A DNA stretch of 64,000 nucleotides from Octopus vulgaris (GCA_951406725.2 OX597817.1:109988001-110052000); one strand, 5' to 3'; positions 42,548 to 54,633 are shown, counted from the stretch's first letter. Notes: generated from the letters alone by a model not told the origin. Made by a program: numbers and translations.

Positions 42548-42958
42548 AAAAAATGAAGTTCGAAAATGCTGCTGTATTATACAATTTTTAATTTTTATAT
42601 ATACATTATAACATGTTTCAGTTCCTGAAATGAACCTTATCAAAAAAAAGTTATATATAAAAAAAGACAGCTCATGCCGTCAAACACAAGAAATTCATTT
42701 ATAATACACAACGGAGTCAGACATCTTAGAGTTCATGTATAGTTGATATAAAGTTCATGTATAGTTGATATATAGTTTGAAGTATATGTTCAAAGTGTTC
42801 GATGCAGTGGCCCACGGTGGCGATACGTATTCAATACAAAAAACAGATCAAAGTGGTGGAAAGTGGTCAATACAGAAGATTGATGTTTCCGAAAGAGCGA
42901 GGAATTCATTTTTACCTTAAGCAATTGTGATGACCCATGGTGGAAGTTCGCTGGGTGG

Positions 42959-43009
<51 letters not shown>

Positions 43010-43017
43010 TGCACCCC

Positions 43018-43221
43018 TTATTTGTAGGTTAACAGGGCTACCAATGGTTTCATGTGAAAAGGTCTTCACAATTGTTCGATTGTGCCACATGGAAGTGTTG
43101 GTACTCATTTCCATTTTGGATGGGAATATGAGAACAGTACCAATGCTTCTGTGTGGCATGTTTGAACAACAGTGAAGATTTCACATGAAACCATTTGTAA
43201 CCTTGTTAAACCCATAAATAA
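43018..43221. repeat. About 200-bp fold-back palindrome (MITE-like)
   Basis: 43018-43105 is the imperfect reverse complement of 43136-43221 (e.g. aatggtttcatgtgaaa / tttcacatgaaaccatt; ttggtact / agtaccaa). Confidence 0.85.
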
Positions 43222-43433
43222 AGAATATTTATACACCAATGTGATGCTGAGCACTCTTTCTTACTGTTCTACATATATATACTATTTTACATTATAAGAA
43301 TTTTAATTTTTTTAGAAACTTTGTGGGATAAGAAATAAATCATTTCAACAACGGAACTTGAAGTAGTTAAAAGCTATAAATGATAGCAAGTAGAATATAG
43401 GCTTAAAAAAACTGTGGATAGAATAAAAGCCAA

Positions 43434-43506
43434 TGGCTGAGTATGAGACTTGAACCTACATCATCTGTGAACATGACAGATGTGCTACCATTATACCTAA
43501 AAACCC
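43434..43506 (-). pseudogene. Degenerate tRNA-like sequence
   Basis: Minus strand GGGTTTTTAGGTATAATGGTAGCA-CATCTG-TCATGTTCA-CAGATG-ATGTAGGTTCAAGTCTCATACTCAGCCA: A box, anticodon-like stem and GGTTCAAGTC B box, but broken acceptor and T stems. Confidence 0.5.
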
Positions 43507-43830
43507 TTCAAATTTTCTTTCGCCATTTTAGAAGCTTTTTTCTTACCAGTGAGAATTGTATGTATGTTTTTTTACATTATAAGACAGTTAAAACAATTTA
43601 TTTCATATCTCTCAAAATTTATAAAACATAAAGATTCTTATAATGTAAAACATCATACAATTATTGATACAAAGTTTCTAAAATGGATAAAGGAAATTCA
43701 AAGAGTTACTTAGGTCCAATGGTATTAAATCTCTCATGTTAACAGAAGGGTTAACAGTGGGTTTCTGTACCATGGGTAACCTTAAGCTTTTTCTTTTTTT
43801 TCAAAGGTTTTTTTAACTTAATTTTCTACA

Positions 43831-44009
43831 TACAGTTCTATATTTAAGAGATGAAGAATTATGTACATTATTTACATTTGACGGATATTTAGCATAGTGG
43901 TTAAGTGTGTGGTCATATGGCATAGTAGTTAAGAGTGAGGGCATATGGTGTAGTGGTTAAGAGCGCAGGTTACTAACCCCAAGATTCCAAGTTCAATTCC
44001 AGGCAGTAA

Positions 44010-44080
<71 letters not shown>

Positions 44081-44221
44081 TTGAAAAGTACCATAAGAAT
44101 GAGAACCTAGTTTCAAAATTTCCCCAAGACACCTGATGAAGGCTGGAGATAATATCAGCTGATATATTGAGTTAACAACAAACAAGATGAGAACAAATAT
44201 CCGTCAAATATAAATAATGTA
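43831..44221 (+). mobile_element. tRNA-headed SINE with (AAT)n spacer and hammerhead-like 3' module; inverted copy of its 3' end at the 5' side
   Basis: A box tggtgtagtggtta and B box gttcaattcc (43991-44000); CTGATGA at 44133-44139; 27-bp inverted repeat 43864-43890 / 44195-44221. Confidence 0.7.
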
Positions 44222-44657
44222 ATATTCTACAGGTTGTTATTCATAGCTTTAAAGATGAAATGTGCAGCTTGATTTCATACGACTCCTTCCATTCTGGGTT
44301 CAAATTCCCACCAAGGTCAACTTTGCATTTAATTTTCTGGGGGTCAATAAAATAAAGTAGCGTTCAAGTACTGAGATCAATGATATTGACTTACCCACTT
44401 CCCTCAAAATTACTGGCCTTTAGCCAAAATTATAAAATAATTATCTATAGCTTTATCTACTTTGAGTTCATACATGTATACTTACATACATAATCAGTTA
44501 AATATCTAAATTTACTGAGAACATTATAATCTATATGAACATATATTAAAATAAATATTGTATTTTTAATTAGCTCTATCTCAAGATATTGATCACTGTT
44601 GTGACATTAGCATTCATACATCAATAAAATATAGCACATTGAAATACTTATATAAAA

Positions 44658-44690
<33 letters not shown>

Positions 44691-45747
44691 CATACATACA
44701 TACTTATACACACACACACATCATAATAGTATCAGGATGTTCTCATAACTTTTGAAGAAATACTTATTTAGTAATGTTGGTAACTAACCAACTCTGTCTG
44801 AGATGTTAATATCAATGAGACCTATATTTTATAGACTTCGTGTACAAGGGTTCCCCTTATAGCATTGGTCAAAATGCCACCAACTTGAGAACATTATTAC
44901 TTCTGAGACATAAATCACGAGACAAACCATGAGAAAATGTCATCTCTATATTGTATGTTTATTATCTTCTATTTTTTTTTTATTTTACTTTCTTTCTCTC
45001 TCCTAATTTTTCACATCAATTGACCTGATATGTCAAAGTTAGTTCAGTCCCTTGTTAAAGATAATAACATTGCTCAGAATACTTGCCAAAAATTTCAAGA
45101 ACTAATTTCTTAATTTTTTTTTTAACCTTTACATTACAGATTATTACGCTATACACACACACACACATATATATATATATGTGCGTATTTCATCCCAGTA
45201 TACACAATTTCTAATCATTCAAACATACACATAACAAGGAAAGCTTCTTTTTCTTTTTTTTTTTCATATTAAACTTACTCTTCCATTTCACGTACCAAAT
45301 AGAACATCCACCTCAAAATACAAAAGAATAACATATTCTTAACCTTTGTACTTGAAACGTTTCATAGAAACAGATTTTGATCACAAAGTCTCACTCATAC
45401 ACACACACACACACACACACTAAGGTGCAAGTATGCTGTGTAGTTAGAAAGCTTGCTTCCCAAACATGTGATCTTTGGTTTGGTTCCATTTGTGGCACTT
45501 TGGGCAAATGCATTCTACAACAGCCCTGGGCTAACTAGAGTGTGGATTTAGTAAAGGGAAACTAGAAGAAGCCCACTGTAAACAAATATGTTTGTGTTTG
45601 TGTGCACCCTTATCTAGACATCACATAATGGTTGCAAATGAGCCTCATTATCATACAAGTGAAGTTGTTTGTTTCCAGTCTTCCATGAAAATATAACAAA
45701 TACATACGTATGTATGTACATACATCCATGCATACATACATACATCT

Positions 45748-46100
45748 GTCAAGTGAAAGCATAACAGGCTGAATATTGCTGTTTGGGACAAATAAGAAAA
45801 AGTATGTACTGTCACAGGGGTCAGCTGTCCTACTGATATGAATATCTCTTTGAAAATTGAAGAGAAAGAAGATAACTATGGACAACTGCTTCAAAACCTC
45901 CAGCTGCTATTGCTGGATTACAAAGTTACAGTTATACCAATAATAATTGGCGCACTTGGTTTTGTAAGTAAATGCTTAACTGTCTGTCTGGATAAGCTTG
46001 GATTTTCAGAAAAAGAAATCAACCAACTGATTTGTACATTACAAATACAATCTGTAAGCAGGGCAATAAAACTATGCAAAACTTTTCTCACATTTAAAAT
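45748..46100 (+). mobile_element. R4/Dong-like (RLE-type) non-LTR retrotransposon C-terminal fragment
   Basis: KHNRLNIAVWDK*EKVCTVTGVSCPTDMNISLKIEEKEDNYGQL...VIPIIIGALG: degraded HNRPD..E/D-xS-xP..K..KY..PIIIGALG restriction-like endonuclease pattern. Confidence 0.75.
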
Positions 46101-46204
46101 GAGACATTGTTTTCCTTATCAGCATTCCAAAGACAGAGCTTTGTATCTTTTTTTAGAAATCAACTCCTTCTTCAGAGGAAGAATTTAAATGATTAAAAAC
46201 AGAA

Positions 46205-46600
46205 GCGTAGGAGTGGCTGTGTGGTAAGTAGCTTGCTTACAAACCACATGGTTCCAGGTTCAGTCCCACTGTATGGCAACTTGGGCAAGTGTCTTCTACT
46301 ATAGCCTTGGGCTGACCAAAGCCTTGCAAGTGGATTTGGTAGATGGAAACTGAAAGAAGCCTGTCATATATATGCATATATATATGTATGTGTGCTTGTC
46401 TGTGTTTGTCCCCCCAACATCACTTGACAACTGATGCTGGTGTGTTTACATCCTCATAACTTAGCAGTTCAGCAAAAGAGACCAATAGAATAAGTACTAG
46501 GCTTACAAAGAATAAGTCCTGGGGTTGATTTGCTTGACTAAAGGCAGTGCTCCAGCATGGCCACAGTCAAATGACTGAAACAAGTAAAAGAGCAAAAGAA
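46205..46600 (+). mobile_element. SINE family A, full-length
   Basis: gcgtaggagtggctgtgtggtaagtagcttgc...gactgaaacaagtaaaagagcaaaag. Confidence 0.9.
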
Positions 46601-47095
46601 GACACACACACACACACACACACCATTGAGCTACTAAATTCATTCATTTGATGGCCTGGTGTATGTAGAAGTCATTTGCCCAAGGAACCACACAGTGTGA
46701 CTTATCCCTAAGTCATATGGTTTTAAAGCAGACTTCTTAAACACACAGCTATGCTTGCATACATAATGAAAGAATGGTCATCTATGTACACATCTGTGTT
46801 TTTAAACTAACTGTAGATTGCAAGTATCACGTGGAGCCATATGCTCAGACAGTAGTTAACTATAACAGAGCTAGGTAATTATCTAGTTAGACCGCTGAAG
46901 TATGTATTCAAATGTATTGTTATCTATTTAGACATCTTCACATTGTTCTTATCTATGCTGCTGCCTATTTAGACATAGACATATGTAACATGTTTGTATG
47001 TTTATATCTATGTCTGTTTGCATGTATATATATATATATATGTATGCATGTAGATACATATATATGTATATATATAGTGTGTGTATATATATATA

Positions 47096-47131
<36 letters not shown>

Positions 47132-48377
47132 GTTTATATATTATGTATTTGCATGTATGTATGTTATATATAAAGTGTGCCTCACAAGTAAAGTTGCACT
47201 TAAACATGTTTTGTAGCTGAAACTCTGACAGACCTATGAGACACATGATATGAACGTGTCTGTTGTAGAGAATGAGTACACATGCAAGAGAAAGAAAGAG
47301 AGTAAGTGAGAGAATGGAGGAAGAATGGAGAGAGGAGAATGGAAGCAAAAGAGAGAAGAAGAGAAATGGATGGATAATAAAATCCACTTGTTGACTTTTA
47401 TGTCAATAAATAGCCTATATTCCAGAACTTCAATACGTTACATGTCTGTCAAACCTGACACAACATACAGAGGTTTTTGAACATCAAAACAAGAGAAACC
47501 AGATTAGTCTAGAAGGATTCATAAACTGGAAAGTAATGTCTTTTGGATTCATCTTAAAAGGAATGGTTATGCTTCTTATTAAAATGAAAATTATTTTTGG
47601 CACTTTATTAAAAAGGGAAAGGAAAGGAAAAAGCTACATATTTCAAAAATGAAAATTTTACATGCTTCTCTCATTAACTCTTGAAATAACTCTACTGACT
47701 GGAATTTTTGTTTTCAAGTTTTTTTACTCCTTTTTTTTTTGTGCATTTTTTTTTCACTCTCGTCACTCTGTATGGTTGTATGTTAATCTATTAACATGTT
47801 TTCTATTTAGAGAGTTTACTTTTGAGAAGTATTAATGCTTCAATGGTTTATATTCAGCAACCACCTTTGTTTACTTTGGAGAGAAAGAGCCTACAAATTT
47901 AGCTGAGACAAACTGTTATTTTATTGGGTTATCGTGTTTTTGATGTTAGCAGCTCTGTTTTATCTCCAACGAGATGTTAATCAACTGACTGTCCTGGTTG
48001 CCTAAGTTCTAATAAACAATCTTTGTGATGCAAGAATAGGATTATCAGAAATAAGGAAATCTTCTATTGTCTATAACAAAATTAAATGGTACGAATATAT
48101 ATAGGAATTTTCTGGCATCCTCATCATATGTTTTCATTTAGCTTTCCTTCATTTTTTCATTTGTTTATTTAATCTTATTTTATACTTTTATAATCTCCTT
48201 ATTTTTATTCACTATGTACAAAATGGAAGTTATATTAGAACTTTTCTCTCTTGTGGTTTTAAGTCTTAAAATTAGGTTTCTGCTAGATATTTCACCATGT
48301 ACACTAATCAGGAAATTAAAGCAAATAGAAAAGGGTGATATTAATAAACAATGTTACAAACAAACAAAGGATATATA

Positions 48378-48452
48378 CAGGGTGTCTATGAATTACCTTT
48401 ACAACTTCCACATTTTTAAACTGCATATTGTAAAATGATTTTATGGACACCT
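48378..48452. mobile_element. Tiny Tc1/mariner-type MITE
   Basis: TA-CAGGGTGTCTATGAATTACCTTTACAA ... TTGTAAAATGATTTTATGGACACCT-TA, imperfect inverted termini. Confidence 0.6.
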
Positions 48453-48457
48453 TATGT

Positions 48458-48493
<36 letters not shown>

Positions 48494-48657
48494 ACACATA
48501 TATATATATATATATTAATAATGATAAAGAGAACAGAGATTTTTAACATCCATAATTTTATTTAACAGTTCTTCACAGCATCTTTTCAGGACGTACACAA
48601 TTCAACATCAGCAATTGCACATTGTTGGATATGCAACCAAAGCATCATGGTTGACGC

Positions 48658-48913
48658 AGTTTCATCAGTCATTAGACTGCAGCCATGCTGGGATACTGCC
48701 TTGAAGAACTTTAATTGACTGAATCAACCTCAGTACATGTTTTTTCTAAGTCTGATACTTATTTATCAGTCTCTTTTGCTGAACAACTAAGTTATGGAGA
48801 ACACACAAATACCAGTTGTCAAATAGTGGTGAAGGACAGGCATAAAGACACACATAAACACACATAAAACCATAGCAGAAAAACATAAACATGTGTATGT
48901 GTGTGTGTGTGTT

Positions 48914-48948
<35 letters not shown>

Positions 48949-48997
48949 GACAGGCTTCTTTCAGTTTTTGTTTACCAAATGAACTCAGAAGGCTTTG
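48658..48997 (-). mobile_element. SINE family A, 5'-truncated
   Basis: cagtcattagactgcagccatgctggg...gaacaactaagtta...caggcttctttcagtttttgtttaccaaat. Confidence 0.75.
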
Positions 48998-49024
48998 TAT
49001 GTATGTATATGTGTGCATACATGC

Positions 49025-49055
<31 letters not shown>

Positions 49056-49757
49056 CGTGTGTTTGTATGCATACATAGAAATGTAAAAAAAACATTTTAT
49101 ATTGTTTTACTATTGTAGTTTGGCTTGTTTTCAAGTAGTAACATTCTAAGCATTATGAAGTCCCTTAGATTTTTTTTTTCCCAGATATATACAAATGATA
49201 TTTCAAAATTAAAAATATTAAATATTTCATGTAGTTATCACAGTTAATTAGATGGTGGCAGTCAAAATGACAATATGTCATTATGTTGATAATTATCAAA
49301 ATAGAAAAATTAATCGTTTAACCTTCATGTTTGTTTTATGTTGTTGTTCACACTTTATGGTAAATAAATTTCTGTGGAAAACTTTAAAAGGCGTGTTAGC
49401 TTTTAGTGAAGCTGCTTCACATGAAAAGGTTATATGGTGCTGGGATCGAGACAATGACCAAAAGTTCATTCATTCAATTGTATTAATCTAGGGTGGTGGG
49501 TGAGAGAAAAATCTTATGGTAATTATCACAATGTGGAAATTTGCCAAGATCAACTATGTGCTTTTATGTAGTAGCCATGATTCAAATAGAAAGATGCATT
49601 TTGTTTTTTCATCATTCCAATACATTTTAAAATTTTATTCTAGATCAAAAGTCAAAAGTTAGTATAATGACATTTTTATAATTACAACAATTATTGCGGT
49701 CATTTCATTAAAATTTTATATATTGACTCATTAATCTAAATTTGAAAATGTTTTTTC

Positions 49758-49823
<66 letters not shown>

Positions 49824-49997
49824 ATTTTAAAGTAAAAGGAAAACAAAGCCAAGGCCGGAGGAGCATTTCAGGTCATTTAGAATATTTAATTAGAGTAAAG
49901 GTGAATCAAAAAAGTAGAAGTAGAAGTAAGTATATACGCCATGATAGATCGTTAGCCACTACACACATTTTTTTCTCTCCTTGTCTTTGTTGTGTCC

Positions 49998-50035
49998 CTT
50001 TCTGTAGAAGAGAGTCGGCTCGAAACGTAAAAGAC
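49998..50035 (+). ncRNA. Minimal type I hammerhead-like motif (variant core CUGUAGA) in a TA-flanked insert 49826-50123
   Basis: cttt-CTGTAGA-a-gag-agtcgg-ctc-GAAA-C-GTA-aaag; stem I cttt/aaag, stem II gag/ctc. Confidence 0.5.
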
Positions 50036-50127
50036 TTTTTCTATTCCTGAACATTATACTAATACATCTGTTTGTTTTGTACACCACCTGTCTTCGTCTT
50101 TTGTTTTTTTCGTAAACTCTCCCTATA

Positions 50128-50180
<53 letters not shown>

Positions 50181-50181
50181 A

Positions 50182-50592
50182 CAGGGTGCATAAGATATTT
50201 GAGGACAGATATATGTTTATATAAAAAGAAACAGATAACAGATAATAACTTTATTTACCAAAAAATGTTATGAGGGTAAAAGTAAACCTTCTTTTCTATA
50301 ATGATATTCAACAAAGCCACCTTCAGCTTCAACAACAGCCTCTATATGAGATCTAACTCATCTACATGCTCGAATTGAGTGGTCCTGGTTCATTTTGGAC
50401 ATCACTCAGACTATAGCACCTTTCATAGAATCTTTGGTGTTATGGGCATGCTCATTGACTTCTCAACAACACTCTACATGCAATAGTCCAATGGATTGAG
50501 ATCTGGGGAGTTAGGAGGTCAAATGTTAAGTGACATGCAATCATGAAAATTTTCAGCCATCTATTCCGGTGTTACTAGACTCTTGTGGGGCA
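50182..50592 (-). mobile_element. maT (DD37D)-like transposon 3' fragment
   Basis: TA-CAGGGTG terminus; minus strand NI*PPNSPDLNPLDYCM*SVVEK...HNTKDSMKGAI...HIEAVVEAEGGFVEY. Confidence 0.75.
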
Positions 50593-50650
50593 CACAAAAT
50601 CTGGTTCAGGAGTATCCGGTGGTATATATTTATATATATATATATATATA

Positions 50651-51700
<1,050 letters not shown>

Positions 51701-51860
51701 TTCAACCATTTTTGAACTCTTGAACTTTTTAGAATCTTCTCCATCCAACCAATTTTGACGTCACTGCTTATAACGGAATACTTTAAAGAAGCACTCATTA
51801 TCACTATAGACTCCGTGTGGGCAGTCATCTAAAAGTTTTTGTTCGTCATGATGCAGACAT

Positions 51861-51965
51861 AAGTTCCTTGTCTTTCCTGATGAGAAGGCGGCATAATGCA
51901 CCCTTTATTCCTTCGGAATTAAGAATATGCAGTCTTCGAAACATATGTCAAGAATAAAGGAATTT
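51861..51965 (+). ncRNA. Type I hammerhead ribozyme with extended stem II, within TA-flanked non-coding insert 51701-52158
   Basis: CTGATGA 51877-51883; stem II GAAGGC/GTCTTC plus GCATA/TATGC; GAAA 51938-51941; palindromic stem III ACATATGT; GUC cleavage triplet 51947-51949; stem I TCTT/AAGA plus AAGTTCCTT/AAGGAATTT. Confidence 0.75.
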
Positions 51966-52165
51966 TGTTAAATCGTCGTTCGACTCCATTCTTTCATTTA
52001 TTTATAGTAAAAAAACACACAAATTTCCACACGAAAGCATGTGATTTCTGCCCTTGGCATGTAGCTTCTACCGTGCTTTCTGATGTAAATTTGCTACCCA
52101 GGTATCGGTTAACCGAATTATCCATACTAGGATAATTCATTCAACTACTTAAACATTCTATATAC

Positions 52166-52197
<32 letters not shown>

Positions 52198-52199
52198 GC

Positions 52200-52236
<37 letters not shown>

Positions 52237-52375
52237 TGCACATATATATATATACATATAAAAAAATTTTTCAGAATGAGATAAAAAAACCATGGCTGTG
52301 AAAATTTTAGAACATTTATAAATAGGTCTGTCTATCCATAGCACTTACTCCGCATATATATATATATATATATGC

Positions 52376-52409
<34 letters not shown>

Positions 52410-52574
52410 GTATATATGTGTATATATATATATATATATATACATATATACATATATACATATATATATATACATACACATATATATATATATATATATA
52501 TATGTGACCGCGTGTGTACCGCTGTCGATTTTTTTTTTCCTCCGTCTTCCCTTCTATGGATGTTTCCTTTTCCT

Positions 52575-52605
52575 ATGTTTCTGACGAAGAGCTCCGCTCG
52601 AAACG
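52575..52605 (+). ncRNA. 3'-truncated minimal hammerhead motif
   Basis: CTGACGA-a-GAGC-tcc-GCTC-GAAA-cg, then unrelated sequence with no NUH triplet. Confidence 0.5.
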
Positions 52606-52935
52606 AGAGAGTTGCAAATGGCAAAGCTGTATGTAAGTCCAACCATACTTTTACTTAGGTTGATGTGTTTTGTGTTTTTTTAAGCACAGCAAATTACCAG
52701 GGTCTCGGTCCCCTGTCATCCCCTCTGTGAGTCTCAAGGTCTGTCTATCTTTTATCACCATTTTGTCCTACATCTTCCCAGGTCTACCCCTTCCACATGT
52801 TCCCTCAGTACTTCTTGATGCAACTGTCTTCATTCATACACATTACATGGCCATATTCTTCTCTCTTGCACACTACATCTGATGCTACATGTACCCAGTT
52901 TTCCTCTCAACTCACACTCTCTTGATTATGCACAC

Positions 52936-52975
<40 letters not shown>

Positions 52976-53433
52976 TGCGCGCGCGTGTGTATGTGTGTGT
53001 TTGCATGTGTGTGCATGTGTGTGCGAATGTGTGTGTGCATGCATGTGCATATGTGTGTGTGTGTGCATGCATGTGTGTATTTGTACTGCACACTGCTATT
53101 TAAAGGGAGATAATCGTTTCTAGGTTTATTTTCCTTATGCTCAGGAATTTATAACAAGTAAACAGCATACATATATTTCTATGTAATTCTTTTATTCATA
53201 TTTCTTCATTTCCATGAGATAAGGTCCTTAAAGTTACTGGTAGCCATGAATAGCACTGTTTCATCCTCCTCTAAGATTTCTCAGCATGACAACTTGGGAT
53301 TGAAAGTCAATTGTGCTAAATTCAATTAAAAGAGTTTCTTTTTTTTTCATCTTCTAATAATAGGAAAACGAAGGAAGAGATATAGAGAAAAATATCTTAC
53401 GTGATTTTATGAAAATACACACACGTATACATA

Positions 53434-53479
<46 letters not shown>

Positions 53480-53943
53480 AACACACACACATATATATAT
53501 ACATATATATATGTATGTGTATGTATGTATACTTACATATATCTATATATATATTCCTAGCATGGAAAACGGACGCTAAATGATGATGATGATGATGATG
53601 ATATGTATGTATGTATGTGTGTAAATTATATATATATATCTTTATATATTTATATGTATGTATGTGTGTGTATATATATATGTATGTGTATGTGTGTACA
53701 TATATATATATATGTACATACATACATATATATTTACATACATATATGTATATATACACACATTTATATACATATAATCTGAAAAATACATATATATATA
53801 TATACACACATATATATATACATACATACATATATACATATATATATATATACATAAATATATACATATGCATATATATATATACATAAATATATACATA
53901 TACATACATATATATACATAAATATATACATATATAAACATAT

Positions 53944-54007
<64 letters not shown>

Positions 54008-54011
<4 letters not shown>

Positions 54012-54593
54012 GTGTGGAGCGACTGACCTCCCTTGTTCAAAGGTTATATGGATACAGTTTGTGTATCAAATAGCTAACTTAAGGCGATGACCTCATGGAG
54101 CTAATAAGCGGACAGCTTTATTCTTATTTTTATAAGAATGCCATATTAGTATGGCGATACCTAATATTTTCCGGGAACGCTGCCGTTGTTCTCTTTTAGA
54201 GAGACTTAGTAATTTTAATATTTCTATTATTGAAAACAAGTGGATGTATTCCACCGAAGCTAGGTAAATAAAACCTTTGAACAGAGATTGTCAGAAGCGA
54301 CACCTACTGGTCTGGCTACGCTGCATTGAAAAGGGGCAATACCCCGAAACGCGTCTGTAGCTGCTGGCCAAGTAGTGTGGAGCGACTGACCTCCCTTGTT
54401 CAAAGGTTATATGGATACAGTTTGTGTATCAAATAGCTAACTTAAGGCGATGGCCTCATGGAGCTAATAAGCGGACAGCTTTATTCTTATTTTTATAAGA
54501 ATGCCATATTAGTATGGCGATACCTGATATTTTCCGGGAACGCTGCCGTTGTTCTCTTTTAGAGAGACTTAGTAATTTTAATATTTCTATTAT
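54008..54593 (+). mobile_element. Candidate non-LTR retrozyme: 363-bp unit in about 1.6 tandem copies, inserted in (TA)n
   Basis: 54008-54230 repeated at 54371-54593 (223 bp, 2 mismatches, period 363); no ORF; hammerhead in the single-copy part. Confidence 0.75.
54320..54361 (+). ncRNA. Type I hammerhead ribozyme, U3:A8 core variant
   Basis: GCTGCA-TTGAAAA-GGGG-caata-CCCC-GAAA-C-gc-GTC-TGTAGC: stem I 6 bp, stem II 4 bp, palindromic stem III ACGCGT, cleavage predicted after C54355. Confidence 0.75.
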
Positions 54594-54633
54594 ATATATA
54601 TATATATATATATATAAAACTTACTATCTAAAT

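Noticed and set aside
43434-43506. Functional tRNA gene
   Set aside because: Acceptor and T stems are broken and the anticodon loop is oversized; kept only as a pseudogene-like remnant. SINE heads elsewhere are likewise not tRNA genes.
54008-54593. 223-bp direct repeats read as LTRs of a tiny LTR element
   Set aside because: No TG...CA termini, PBS, PPT or TSD; better explained as a permuted tandem unit containing a hammerhead.
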